A stretch of DNA of 58,768 bases, taken from assembly GCA_964535805.1 (NCBI GenBank), contig CAZHUM010000005.1, forward strand, positions 1-58,768. Direction: 5' to 3'. The position numbers and the translations under genes were made by a program. This document shows positions 20,603 to 30,550 of this stretch, in pieces. The notes beneath the pieces are model-generated. The model was not told where the DNA came from. It was given only the letters and a program-made list of their open reading frames with translations, and did no database searches. Source of the stretch: an uncultured Thermoplasmata archaeon. GTDB taxonomy: Archaea > Thermoplasmatota > Thermoplasmata > Halarchaeoplasmatales > Halarchaeoplasmataceae. Numbering within the stretch: the first letter of the stretch is position 1; every line of letters begins with the position of its first letter.

Positions 20603-20715
20603 AAATACATCTGCATCGACTCTCATACTTTCACCGTTTTCATTACCCCCTGCAGCAAAGGGTTAAATACAATTTTGTTAATAGTTGGGCTGCATTAAGC
20701 AAAAAGCGTGAAACC

Positions 20716-22023
20716 ATGAATAAAGAAAAACTCGCGCCCCACATAGATGACATAGAACGGGCGTTAAAAGGAAAATTGAGCGAAGCGCAGATCGAAGAGG
20801 AACTCCGAAACTATTTGGATGTTTACGGAGTACCCTTGGGAACAGCTAAAAGAGCTATAGTTAAGAAACACGAGGGAGACCCGGAAAAACTCTATCTCAG
20901 TACCGAAAGGAAGGTAGAGGAGATAGTCGGCGACGAGAGAGGTCTCGATTTAAAAGCAAGGATAGTTTCTATTAACGATAAAGAGATCGAAGTCGACGGC
21001 AACAAGAAAAAGATACACTACGGTATATTCGGCGACGAAACGGGAACGGTCCCATTCACCATCTGGGAAGATCTAGATGAGGACTTGGAGAAGGGAGACA
21101 CTGTACATGTGAGGAACGCCTATGCCAACACGTGGAACGATAAACCACAGGTGAACATAGGCTCACGTACATCCTTGAAACTTCTAGATTCGGATGAAGT
21201 ACCTCCTTTCAAAAGTGAACCACAGACGTGCGATATCAAGGATATACGCGAAGGCATGAGGAATCTAGAGGTTATCTCTAGGGTTCTCTCGATGGAAGAG
21301 AAAACAGTCCAGACAGACAATGGTGAGAAAGATCTTATTTCCGGCGTGCTAGCGGATGAAACAGGCAAAGTACAGTTCAGCGCGTGGCACGACTTCGGAT
21401 TCAAAAGTAATGATGCTTTGAAGATCACAGGTGGCTACGTCCGCTCGTGGAGAGGCATACCTCAATTCAGCTTCGACGAGAACGCCGAAGTAGAGACATT
21501 GGACGAGGAAGAACTTCCGCCCGCGGACGAGCTGTCTCAAGAGACCGCCATGACCATATCGGAATTGGCAAGGCGCGGAGGAGCGGTCGATACCTACATC
21601 GACGCGGTGATGATAGACATAAAGAGCGGCAGCGGCCTGATATTCAGATGTCCCGAGTGCAGCCGGGTAGTACAGAAGGGTGCCTGCAGGGTCCACGGAC
21701 GTGTGGACGGAGAGCCCGATCTCAGAGTAAAAGGAATACTGGACGACGGCACGGGCGCTCTAACGGTCATAGTAAATAAAGAACTAACCGAGGAAGTACT
21801 AGGATACGGACTGGACAAAGCCATGGATATGGCTAGAGACAACATGAACCAGGACGTCGTCAAAGACGAGCTGGAAGAAAAATTGATCGCCCAGCCCCTC
21901 AGGGTCCGAGGTAACGTGACCAGCGACGAGTACGGTCTGATGCTCGTCGCTAACGATGTCGATTTCAAAACAATCGACGTTGAAGAGGAAGCTAGAAAAC
22001 TTTTAGACGAGGTGAGAGTCTGA
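20716..22023 (+). CDS. rpa: Replication protein A (multi OB-fold plus Zn finger)
   Basis: Repeated GDETG/ADETG/DDGTG OB motifs; RCPECSRV...CRVHG zinc finger. Confidence 0.92.
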   Translation: MNKEKLAPHIDDIERALKGKLSEAQIEEELRNYLDVYGVPLGTAKRAIVKKHEGDPEKLYLSTERKVEEIVGDERGLDLKARIVSINDKEIEVDGNKKKIHYGIFGDETGTVPFTIWEDLDEDLEKGDTVHVRNAYANTWNDKPQVNIGSRTSLKLLDSDEVPPFKSEPQTCDIKDIREGMRNLEVISRVLSMEEKTVQTDNGEKDLISGVLADETGKVQFSAWHDFGFKSNDALKITGGYVRSWRGIPQFSFDENAEVETLDEEELPPADELSQETAMTISELARRGGAVDTYIDAVMIDIKSGSGLIFRCPECSRVVQKGACRVHGRVDGEPDLRVKGILDDGTGALTVIVNKELTEEVLGYGLDKAMDMARDNMNQDVVKDELEEKLIAQPLRVRGNVTSDEYGLMLVANDVDFKTIDVEEEARKLLDEVRV

Positions 22024-22060
22024 ACTCTCCTCTTTCTTTTTTTATTTTGGAGGCTAAAAA

Positions 22061-22957
22061 ATGAGTATGATGAATCGTGAAGTTGCGTGGAGGATCTTTG
22101 CAGAAGAGTTCAACAATTCCAATTTGGAGATAGGTGGTGACGGAGATAGAAAACCGACTTACCTGGTATCTCCATTAGGTGCCATGATAAATCGTCTATA
22201 CGTAGTTGGCGTTCTCACGGAGACCGAGAACTACGGCAGTCCGGAGGAACCATTGTGGAGGGCACGTGTTACCGACCCGACGGGCACTTTCTTCATATCG
22301 GCGGGACAGTATCAACCCGGTGTCGCCACCGCGTTGGCCAACATGGAACCACCAGCCTTCGTTGCAGTAGTAGGCAAAGCCAGCACTTATCAACCCGACG
22401 ATGAAACCTTCCTCACGTCAATACGTGGTGAACAGATCAAGGAAGTCGACGAGGACCAGAGAAATTACTGGATCCTTGAAGCCTCTAAAAGCCTGCAAAC
22501 GAGGTTGGGAGCATCTGCAGAAGCTGCAAAGATGGAAGAAGTATCGTCGGAAGAACTCATCAAGCTCGGCTACGATCCTAAGTTAGCGGAGGGTATCAAA
22601 AAAGCTTCGGAACACTATGGTCAATTCCCCATAGAGAAGTATTGGACCCTGCTCGAAGACTCTCTTATGTACGTACTGCCGGAGTATGAGAAACCTCTAG
22701 ATGTAGATAAACCGGAAGCGGAAAAGCAAGAGGAAGAAGCCGCTGACGAAGAGATAGAAAAGAAGGTTTTGGAGATCATCGAGCACCTTGAAGAGGACTA
22801 CGACAGCGAGACGGGTCTTGAGTACGACCTTGTGCTGGACGAGGCCATGAAGAAAGAGAAGATCAGCAGGGAGGAATTCGAGGAGATAGTCAGGAACCTT
22901 CGGGAAACTGGACAGATATATGAACCCATGCTGGGGAATATAAAAAGGATCTATTGA
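22061..22957 (+). CDS. RPA-associated protein / RPA2-like (OB-fold plus C-terminal wHTH)
   Basis: REVAWRIFAEE, SPLGAMINRLYVVGVLTE, DPTGTF, AGQYQP; adjacent to rpa. Confidence 0.88.
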   Translation: MSMMNREVAWRIFAEEFNNSNLEIGGDGDRKPTYLVSPLGAMINRLYVVGVLTETENYGSPEEPLWRARVTDPTGTFFISAGQYQPGVATALANMEPPAFVAVVGKASTYQPDDETFLTSIRGEQIKEVDEDQRNYWILEASKSLQTRLGASAEAAKMEEVSSEELIKLGYDPKLAEGIKKASEHYGQFPIEKYWTLLEDSLMYVLPEYEKPLDVDKPEAEKQEEEAADEEIEKKVLEIIEHLEEDYDSETGLEYDLVLDEAMKKEKISREEFEEIVRNLRETGQIYEPMLGNIKRIY

Positions 22958-22965
22958 TGCAGTTA

Positions 22966-23730
22966 TCAGTCCTTATCTTTCTCTTTTTGTTTCTTTATAG
23001 CTTGACCCAGGTCTATTTCTCCCTCCACTACTTTTTTGGCCAGATCCTTTGAGATGGTTATCGTACCTTCGCTTTTGATCCTACTTCTACGCTGAATTTC
23101 CCGTTTCTCACCTTCTGTAGCTTCCACTTTGAATTCACCGAATGCCAATTCACCGGTGGTCAGCGCTATCTCTTTGGCGGCTCTCAGGTCGGGTTTCTCT
23201 CCTACGCTAGTCGTTCTCTCCTCGTTAACTATCTCGATCCTCACTCCGAGACGACCCAAGGCGTTGATGGTCCTGTTCCTATTGGTCTTATCACCGTGGC
23301 CGATGCGTATTACCATGCTGTTGAATCTATAGCCCGTTATGTACCTTTCAACCAATCGTCTCACGTCCTCTGGATTCTCGGCATATTCTGTCTCTAGAAC
23401 TCTTCCATCGCCGAGTATCGCCACTCCAGGTCTTGAACCTGGGTCGATGCCTATTATGATCCAGTCGTATGATGCCTTATCCGACAGCTTGGACAGTGCA
23501 CTCCTAACCCCCTTTCTGATATCATCTTCTATAGGAACGATATTGTCAAAATCTATAGCTCCCTTCTCCTGCTCGGTTGTCAAAACCACTTTTACGTTAT
23601 CAGGGAGTTCATCCCTGGGTGATAGACTGATGAACGGTATATCCCGATGTTTGAGCTCTTTAACGACATCGTGATAGAATTTGAAGTTGTCCGTGATAAC
23701 CGCTAGTATCTTCACGGTTAAGTGATACAC
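22966..23730 (-). CDS. Conserved archaeal protein with RNase H-like (YqgF/RuvX-like) fold
   Basis: IIIGIDPGSRPGVA, IRIGHG, VNEERTT motifs. Confidence 0.65.
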   Translation of the reverse strand: MYHLTVKILAVITDNFKFYHDVVKELKHRDIPFISLSPRDELPDNVKVVLTTEQEKGAIDFDNIVPIEDDIRKGVRSALSKLSDKASYDWIIIGIDPGSRPGVAILGDGRVLETEYAENPEDVRRLVERYITGYRFNSMVIRIGHGDKTNRNRTINALGRLGVRIEIVNEERTTSVGEKPDLRAAKEIALTTGELAFGEFKVEATEGEKREIQRRSRIKSEGTITISKDLAKKVVEGEIDLGQAIKKQKEKDKD

Positions 23731-23785
23731 TCTAAAGATATATTATTTTTGAAAAAAGAAAAATAAAATAAAAAAGAAAGGATTT

Positions 23786-25144
23786 TTAGTCTATAGGAGG
23801 AGCGTCCTCTATGTACCCGTTCTCCATGAGATGTTTGGTCTGGTCTCTGCTCTTCAGGATTATCCTTTCCGCCTTATCTCTGAGTTCGCTTTCGCTGAGT
23901 TTGACCCTAGCTATTCCCTGATCGATGGCCTTCAGTCCTACTCTAACAGCCTGCCTTATGTAAACTTCAGTGTTCTCCATCGTGGGTACTAGATGTTCAG
24001 CGTCGAGTCCTGCTTCCTCCTGCACCTCTGCAATGGCGTAAGCGGCCTCTATATGCATCTCATCGGTGATGGTCTCCGCTCTCACGTCGAGTGTACCTCT
24101 GAAAATACCAGGGAATCCTATAGAGTTGTTGATCTGGTTGGGGAAATCGGATCTCCCGGTTCCGACCACTCTGATACCGGCCTCTTTAGCTTCCCACGGC
24201 CATATCTCGGGTATCGGATTCGCCACTGCGAACAGTATCGCATCATCGTTCATCTTCGTCAACCATTCTTTCTTGATGGTATCCGGGCCTGGTTTAGATG
24301 CTGCGACTACAACGTCTTTTCCAGCTATCAACTCTGGAAGACCGCCTTCCTGTTGTTCTTTGTTTGTTTTCTGAGCGAATTTCCATTTTTCTGGCGTCTT
24401 TACTTTATCCAGATCATCTCTACCGCTGTGAAGCAGACCCGTTGAATCGCACAAGTAAAGGTTCTTCTCTGGTACTCCCGCTTGGAGAAGAGTCCTTGCA
24501 AAACACAGGTTCGCTGCTCCAGAGCCGACAAGACCTATCTGAACATCGTCTAATTTCTTACCGACTACTTTCAGACCGTTGATGACCCCTGCTAATGTGA
24601 TCGCTGCAGTTCCCTGCTGATCATCGTGCCAGACCGGGATGTCCATCTCCTCTCTGAGTTTCTCTAGAACATAGAAACACTTCGGCTTTGATATATCTTC
24701 TAAATTGATACCTCCGAAAGACGGGGCGATCCACTTGACCAGTTGAACTATATCGTCTGGATCGTGAGCGTTGATACAGATGGGAAACGCATCCACACCT
24801 CCCAGGTACTTGAACAGAAGCCCCTTTCCTTCCATGACAGGCATACCTGCTTCAGGTCCTATATCTCCTAAACCTAGAACTCTGCTACCATCACTTACGA
24901 CGGCAACGTTGTTCCACTTGTTGGTGTGTTCGTAAACCATCTCGGGATTCTTCTTTATATCCTGACATGGCTTTGCCACTCCGGGTGTATACCAAACCCC
25001 GAAGTCGTTAAAACTTTTGACCTGAACCTTGGGAGAAACCTCGATCTTCCCCTTGTAAAAGGGATGCCATTTCATAGCTTTCTTGGCCGGTTCCTTAGCC
25101 TTCTCCAGTAACTCTTCTTTAGTGACCTTCTTTTCTTCAGACAT
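23786..25144 (-). CDS. mae: NAD(P)-dependent malic enzyme
   Basis: YTPGVA, VLGLGDIGP, PVMEGK, GGINLEDI, HDDQQGTA, TGRSDFPNQINN. Confidence 0.95.
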   Translation of the reverse strand: MSEEKKVTKEELLEKAKEPAKKAMKWHPFYKGKIEVSPKVQVKSFNDFGVWYTPGVAKPCQDIKKNPEMVYEHTNKWNNVAVVSDGSRVLGLGDIGPEAGMPVMEGKGLLFKYLGGVDAFPICINAHDPDDIVQLVKWIAPSFGGINLEDISKPKCFYVLEKLREEMDIPVWHDDQQGTAAITLAGVINGLKVVGKKLDDVQIGLVGSGAANLCFARTLLQAGVPEKNLYLCDSTGLLHSGRDDLDKVKTPEKWKFAQKTNKEQQEGGLPELIAGKDVVVAASKPGPDTIKKEWLTKMNDDAILFAVANPIPEIWPWEAKEAGIRVVGTGRSDFPNQINNSIGFPGIFRGTLDVRAETITDEMHIEAAYAIAEVQEEAGLDAEHLVPTMENTEVYIRQAVRVGLKAIDQGIARVKLSESELRDKAERIILKSRDQTKHLMENGYIEDAPPID

Positions 25145-25222
25145 GGTGTAACCACGGATTGGAGAAAATATGGGATATATAAATAGATAATGGGGGGAGA
25201 GGGAAGGTGTTTGTAACGATGT

Positions 25223-25843
25223 TCAGAATCCGAGCAGAGTAAATCCGATTATTAGTCCTGCTGCGATGAACATACCCATCTTCGTTCTGTCATCGAGATT
25301 TTCTGCCTTTGCACCCCCAATTACAAGACCGATAGATGCGATAGACACTCCGATCGATCTACATAAGAAGGAAAAAGCGTCTAGGTTATTCATCATACCA
25401 GAGTTGATATCGATATTGGTCATCGTCAAGGCTCGGATCACGAATCCGACTATCAATATAACAAATCCGAATATAGTTATCCAAAGGTAACCATAACTCA
25501 CTTCTTCATCTGCAGCCGAAGCCGGAGGTTTAGCGGGGTGGAAACCGTTGGTCCTTGAATATCTTCTTTCCTGTGCTGAAGGCTGCTCTGAAGGCTCTTT
25601 GTAGTAGCTTGATCCAGGTCTATCAGTGCCCTGGTCTCCTGACTCCTCCGGTTCTGCCCTTATCTTTTTCTTTCTCGTTTTACTCTTCTTTCTTTCTTCT
25701 TCTAGCTTTGCTTCGATCTCCTCCGGCGACGCCCATCGAAATTTTCTTCCGCAATCTGGACAAGCACCGGCTCCATCGTCGAAGAATCGGAGATTAGCAG
25801 AGCCACAGACGGCACAAATACCTTCAGTAGGTTTTTCAACCAT
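25223..25843 (-). CDS. Zn-ribbon membrane protein
   Basis: CAVC...CPDC at the N-terminus, low-complexity linker, three C-terminal TM helices. Confidence 0.7.
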   Translation of the reverse strand: MVEKPTEGICAVCGSANLRFFDDGAGACPDCGRKFRWASPEEIEAKLEEERKKSKTRKKKIRAEPEESGDQGTDRPGSSYYKEPSEQPSAQERRYSRTNGFHPAKPPASAADEEVSYGYLWITIFGFVILIVGFVIRALTMTNIDINSGMMNNLDAFSFLCRSIGVSIASIGLVIGGAKAENLDDRTKMGMFIAAGLIIGFTLLGF

Positions 25844-25907
25844 TTCTTCACCGTGTGAGTATAATTCTATAACACATATAAATTTTTTTATTTGATCTCA
25901 TGGGTAA

Positions 25908-26873
25908 CTACCATAAAACATCTACTTCATCCGTCCTGAAATTTTGGTTTATATGACTATCTTTTACGGCTACAGTGCACCCTACACGCTGCATAAGAGA
26001 TCCGGTCCATGCTATCATAGCTCCGTTATCAACGCAGAATTCACCTGGAGGAACATAGGAGCTAGCCCCCCGTTCTCCGGTCATGATTTCTATCATCTCA
26101 CGCAGCCTTTTATTTCTAACCACACCGCCTCCCAGAAGTACTTCGTCTTTTCCCGTATGTGCCAATGCTCTTTCGGTGACTTCGGTCATCATAGCGAAAG
26201 TGGTTTCCTGAGTGGAGTAGCATACGTCATTTAGGTCTTCGTCGGAGTTCAGGAGTGCCGTTAGTATCCCTGAAAAGGACACGTCCATGCCCTTTACACT
26301 GTATGGAAGCTCGATGAGATTTTCACCATCTACAGCCATCTTTTCGATCTCCGGTCCACCTGGAAAAGGTATGCCGTGTTCACGGGCGAACTTATCCAGC
26401 ATATTACCTAAACCGATGTCAAGCGTCTCTCCGAAGACTCGGTATCTACCCTTTGTAAAAGCGATGACCTGGGTATTTCCACCCGACACATAAAGTAATA
26501 CTGGGTCTGAAGCATCTGTGAGCAGTTTTCCTATCTCTATATGCGCTATGCAGTGATTAACACCCACGAGCGGGACCTCTAAAGAAAGCGCCAGGCTTCT
26601 AGCGGCAGTAGCGGTAGTCCTTAGACACGGACCTAAACCGGGTCCCTGAGAGAATGCGACTGCATCGATATCATCCCTGGAGACATCCGCTTTATCCATG
26701 GCTGAGGAGATGAGCTTGACCACTTCTCTCGAATGATGGTTTGCAGCCTCCCTGGGGTGTATCCCTTCTTCAGGTAGGTAGGTTTTCATAACAGAGGCTA
26801 ATACTTCACCGCTGTCATGGACGATACCTACTCCGATAGTGTGAGCTGTTCCCTCTAAGCCGATGGTTATCAT
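25908..26873 (-). CDS. kae1: tRNA N6-threonylcarbamoyladenosine synthase Kae1 (KEOPS), stand-alone
   Basis: GLEGTAHT, GIHPREAA, GPGLGPCL, VNHCIAHIE, LYVSGGNTQ, DNGAMIA; start moved to ATG 26873. Confidence 0.95.
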   Translation of the reverse strand: MITIGLEGTAHTIGVGIVHDSGEVLASVMKTYLPEEGIHPREAANHHSREVVKLISSAMDKADVSRDDIDAVAFSQGPGLGPCLRTTATAARSLALSLEVPLVGVNHCIAHIEIGKLLTDASDPVLLYVSGGNTQVIAFTKGRYRVFGETLDIGLGNMLDKFAREHGIPFPGGPEIEKMAVDGENLIELPYSVKGMDVSFSGILTALLNSDEDLNDVCYSTQETTFAMMTEVTERALAHTGKDEVLLGGGVVRNKRLREMIEIMTGERGASSYVPPGEFCVDNGAMIAWTGSLMQRVGCTVAVKDSHINQNFRTDEVDVLW

Positions 26874-26910
26874 GAATAAAAAAAGAAAAAAGAAAAGGTT
26901 ATAAAAGTGT

Positions 26911-27051
26911 TTACTTACCAATCCTGAACACTTTGGTCCCGCAGCTTGGACATTCGCCCTTCGTCGCGGGTCTTCCGTTCTTCATGGTGATCTTCTTAGG
27001 ATTCTTTATCTCTACTTTTTTTCTACATTTTACACAATATGCTTCTGCCAT
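26911..27051 (-). CDS. Small basic Zn-ribbon protein (DUF5679-like), 46 aa, not in ORF track
   Basis: Manual translation MAEAYCVKCRKKVEIKNPKKITMKNGRPATKGECPSCGTKVFRIGK; SD-like AGGAG upstream; T-rich tract downstream. Confidence 0.9.
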   Translation of the reverse strand: MAEAYCVKCRKKVEIKNPKKITMKNGRPATKGECPSCGTKVFRIGK

Positions 27052-27125
27052 ATTATACGTCTCCTGTAAACTTACAATTGTGAGGGAGTATTAAAGGTTT
27101 TAGGCACGAAATAGGGGTAAAAAGT

Positions 27126-27561
27126 GGGACAGGTGACCGGAGTAAGCCCCTTTCTGTTCTAGACAGCATTCATCTATGCGTCCTACCTGCCGGTACCGGA
27201 AAGGTCATCCCGGCTAGTTTGGACTTGCTCCAGTAGGGTAAGTGGCCGTTTCATCGGTTCCTCCGGATCGTCGCTCAGTGGGTTAACTCACCTGTTTTTC
27301 AACAGGATTCGCACACATCACAGCTCCTCGAAGGGCGTGTCGTTTCTGCTCCCGTTATCGGAAAACGATGTTTTCCGAATGGACCTGGACTCTCGCCCCA
27401 CCGACTTGCGTCGGTCTACTTTTCCTGTGGAGAGGGGACTTTCCTCAGGTAGATATTCAGGGAGATGGGTTCCATCCCCTTGAATGCTCGGGGCTGACGA
27501 ACCTTTAGAAAAGTTTCGTCTTCCCCTTTGAACCCGTAAGCTGTCCACGGTCTCCTGACCC
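27126..27561 (-). ncRNA. rnpB: RNase P RNA
   Basis: Minus strand has GAGGAAAGUCC (27446-27436) and 3' AACAGAAAGGGGCUUA; ends pair as P1 (GGGUCAGGAGACCG / CGGUCACCUGUCCC); P2 GGACAGC/GCUGUCU. Confidence 0.95.
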
Positions 27562-27584
27562 AGAAATAAGATTTGTTTGGAAGA

Positions 27585-27600
27585 GTATATATAATTTTTT
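27585..27600 (-). promoter_or_regulatory. TATA box/BRE of rnpB
   Basis: AAAAAATTATATATAC on the minus strand about 25-30 nt upstream of the RNA 5' end. Confidence 0.65.
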
Positions 27601-27604
27601 ATCT

Positions 27605-28261
27605 CTAATGGAGTATTTCTCCTTCTATGGTCCAGCGCCCGCTGCCGCTGTAATAATCGAATTCACCTTTTATAATAACTGGCTCACCATCGAGAAGATA
27701 ATCGTCATGCGGTGTCCGATTCACTCGGCAGTAAACACTGTAGAAACCCCCCTCTAGGTCTGAGATTTCGAGGACCGTTGTGTTCTCATACCTCTGTAAA
27801 AAAGTTATCTCTCCCTTTATCTTCATATTCGTTCCCTGGTACCATTCAGGGTTCTCTAAAATAGATTTTATAGGTGTAAAGCTGCTGTATGCTATTTCTT
27901 TGACGATGAGTTCTCCAGGTCCTTCTACGTTAATAGATATATCTTCCTCGTATAGTTCGACTCTCCCTTTGGTCCAGATGACAGCACCGGGGATCAGTTC
28001 ATCCCTTTCTTCCATATCGGATATCAAGTCTTTATCTACGAATACATCTAGTCTTTCTTTAGAATTGGGATCTCCGATCACTATACTCATAGAGCTGCCG
28101 AAATCGAAAACGTCCATAACCATACCTTCCGTTTCCACAAGTGCTCCCACGTATTCCTCGTCGATATCCCCTATATCCACTTCTTTTGCGTCCTGTGAGG
28201 CTGCGTAGAGATACAGTGATGCCGTGCCGATGAGCGAGATCACAACGGCTATGGTCAACAA
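27605..28261 (-). CDS. Membrane-anchored tandem OB-fold protein
   Basis: N-terminal TM, two OB-like repeats (VETEGMV...WTKGRVELY; MKIKGEI...IIKGEFDYY). Confidence 0.7.
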   Translation of the reverse strand: MLTIAVVISLIGTASLYLYAASQDAKEVDIGDIDEEYVGALVETEGMVMDVFDFGSSMSIVIGDPNSKERLDVFVDKDLISDMEERDELIPGAVIWTKGRVELYEEDISINVEGPGELIVKEIAYSSFTPIKSILENPEWYQGTNMKIKGEITFLQRYENTTVLEISDLEGGFYSVYCRVNRTPHDDYLLDGEPVIIKGEFDYYSGSGRWTIEGEILH

Positions 28262-28286
28262 CCTTTCCTTAGAAATTTCGATCCTT

Positions 28287-29450
28287 TCATCCTCCGATCA
28301 TCTGGGTTAGTTTCTCTTCCAGTACCTCTGCGGGTATATCGGAAATAGATACCCTGGTCGTTCGACCCTTTCCGTCGGATTTAGTTTTCGTATCCAGGAG
28401 TCCGTTATCATCCAGCGAATTCAAGTACTTCCAAAATTGCGTGTGACCCAGTTTTTTATGTCCCTTGGTTTCACAGATGACGTGGTAGTGTTTTTCCACT
28501 TCTCCAGTCGTCGTATATGATTGTTCTCTCAGTTTCTGGGTGGCTGCGAGTAGGATCAGTTTCTCATGTTCATTCAGACCCTTTATACGACTGATAGTCA
28601 TGTACGGATCGATGTCCGCTTTGGCGGTCCGTATATGCTCCGCAGCTATCTTGTTCTTTTCCCTCTCTTCAGCCAAGAGACCAGATTTTTCCATGAGCTC
28701 GATACCTAGTCTTGCATCACCCTTCGCCCCGGCGATGTCAGACAATAATCTCAACTCGTCGTCTTCGATGGCTCCTGGATAGAGAGCGAGTCCCGCCCTG
28801 TACTGCAGTATGTCGTACATCTCGTCCGGATCGTAGGGTTCGAATCTGACCTGGTTGCTCCTTTTGAAGGTGCTTAAAGCACTTTCCTCCATGAACTCCA
28901 GTATGTTTTTCTGAGATATCAAGAAGAGAGACAAGCTGCCCTTTGGAGAGATGCTCTCGTCGTCGAATCTGGAGAGCAGGAAGACGAGTTCCGAGCCTTC
29001 CCTTTTTATCAGGGCATCGATCTCGTCCAGTATGATGAAAAGATGTGTGTTTTTCTCTTTTATGTGTTTACGCAGTATCTCCATCATCTCACCTACGGAG
29101 AAACCCCTGTCGGGGAATCCTTTATCGAAATGAGATACTATCTTCCACATGGCTGAGCTGTTGTTACCCCTCCTCCTGCAGTTGACTATAACGTAATCGA
29201 CTACGCTGCCCTCTTCAGCGGCCCATTTCTTGTAGTCCATACAGAATCTCTTGGCCGTAGCGGTTTTACCGGTCCCCACGTTTCCCTGTAGGAACACGTT
29301 CTGGGAGACCCCGCCCTCCACCACTCTTCGAAACAAGGTGAAGAGTTTTTGCATCTGCTCTTCCCGGTTTGGTAGTTTATCCGGTATATAATCGAATGAT
29401 AATTTTTTTAGATTGTCTATAACCCTTCCCGTCTTTTTTTGAAATACCAT
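28287..29450 (-). CDS. cdc6: Orc1/Cdc6 family AAA+ ATPase
   Basis: LSFDYIPDKLPNRE, Walker A GNVGTGKT, VNCR, IILDEID, GDAR, C-terminal wHTH. Confidence 0.93.
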   Translation of the reverse strand: MVFQKKTGRVIDNLKKLSFDYIPDKLPNREEQMQKLFTLFRRVVEGGVSQNVFLQGNVGTGKTATAKRFCMDYKKWAAEEGSVVDYVIVNCRRRGNNSSAMWKIVSHFDKGFPDRGFSVGEMMEILRKHIKEKNTHLFIILDEIDALIKREGSELVFLLSRFDDESISPKGSLSLFLISQKNILEFMEESALSTFKRSNQVRFEPYDPDEMYDILQYRAGLALYPGAIEDDELRLLSDIAGAKGDARLGIELMEKSGLLAEEREKNKIAAEHIRTAKADIDPYMTISRIKGLNEHEKLILLAATQKLREQSYTTTGEVEKHYHVICETKGHKKLGHTQFWKYLNSLDDNGLLDTKTKSDGKGRTTRVSISDIPAEVLEEKLTQMIGG

Positions 29451-29461
29451 GGTCGATAACC

Positions 29462-30496
29462 CTATTTTCTGCTTTTCAACTCGGCTCCGCAGGAATCGCA
29501 GAAGTTGAAATCCTCGTTCACTTCAGACCCACAAACGGGGCAGACTATACATTCCTCGTCGTTCTCCTCTTCATCTTCTTCCTCTTCCCCCTCATCTTCT
29601 ACTTCCTTTTCACTCTCATCCTGCTCTTCTTCCTCTTCAATCTCTTCCTCTTCAATCTCTTCCTCTACTTCTCCTTCGATCTCCTCTCTTGTCCTTGGAA
29701 GCACAGAATCCGTGATCGTCACTCTGTTTCCAGCCTGGAGTGATCCAGCGTATTCCACACTGCCGTCAACCTTTACGTTGTCTTTTAATTCCACATCGCC
29801 CAGAGCGGATATATCACCTACACTTGAACCTTCTTCTACCGTTACATTACTCTCGCTCTCGATGTCACCGGTGGATGTATCCTTGTCTATTGAGACCTCC
29901 TTTCCCTTTACCATGCCCTCGATCTTACTAGCATGACCAACGAATACATAACCGTTTTTGGATATCACATCTCCATCTATTTCAGTTTCGTTGCCTAGAT
30001 TGATATCGCCATCCGCTTCTATGGACCCCTTTATGATGACCCCGTCTTCCACGGTCAGGGTATCCTCGCAGACGATATCGCCATGGACCTCGGAATTGGA
30101 GTGAAGCGTAAGTTCTTGAGCGGATTTGACCCCGTAATCCCCGGTTTCACTGGAGCTTTTTGACGTATCCTCCATCAAACGTTCATTCTCTTCGTTGAGC
30201 TCATCTATCTCCTTCCTGAGTTGGATGTTCTCGTCCTCTAACTCGTCTATGAGCTCCCTCTTCTCCTCGGTTATATCCTCCAGCTCCCCGGCCTTTCTTA
30301 ATTTGGATTCTAATTCCTTTATATGGCCGTCCTTTTCTTCGATCATCCTTCTTTTATCGTCCAGTATCCTTCTCTTTTCCTTCTTTAAACTCTTGATCTC
30401 GTTGAGAAGCTTACCTCTAGCCTCTTTTAATTTCTTTATCTGGGTCCGATATTCTTCGATTTTTTTTCGGATACGTTCTTTGTTACTGGACATCAA
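29462..30496 (-). CDS. Coiled-coil + bactofilin-like (polymer-forming) beta-helix + acidic tract + Zn-ribbon protein
   Basis: Heptad-rich aa 1-110; I/VxGxI repeats; poly-Glu; CPVCG...FCDSCG. Confidence 0.75.
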   Translation of the reverse strand: MMSSNKERIRKKIEEYRTQIKKLKEARGKLLNEIKSLKKEKRRILDDKRRMIEEKDGHIKELESKLRKAGELEDITEEKRELIDELEDENIQLRKEIDELNEENERLMEDTSKSSSETGDYGVKSAQELTLHSNSEVHGDIVCEDTLTVEDGVIIKGSIEADGDINLGNETEIDGDVISKNGYVFVGHASKIEGMVKGKEVSIDKDTSTGDIESESNVTVEEGSSVGDISALGDVELKDNVKVDGSVEYAGSLQAGNRVTITDSVLPRTREEIEGEVEEEIEEEEIEEEEEQDESEKEVEDEGEEEEDEEENDEECIVCPVCGSEVNEDFNFCDSCGAELKSRK

Positions 30497-30550
30497 AATC
30501 TCCTATTAACCTCATCTTCAGGAATTATATTTAATATTTACCATCATCGT

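Noticed and set aside
27318-27548. 76-aa ORF
   Set aside because: Lies inside the RNase P RNA gene
28287-29460. Replication origin next to cdc6
   Set aside because: No sizeable intergenic region or ORB repeats; the single TTCCAGTAGAC near 57686 is not enough for an origin call
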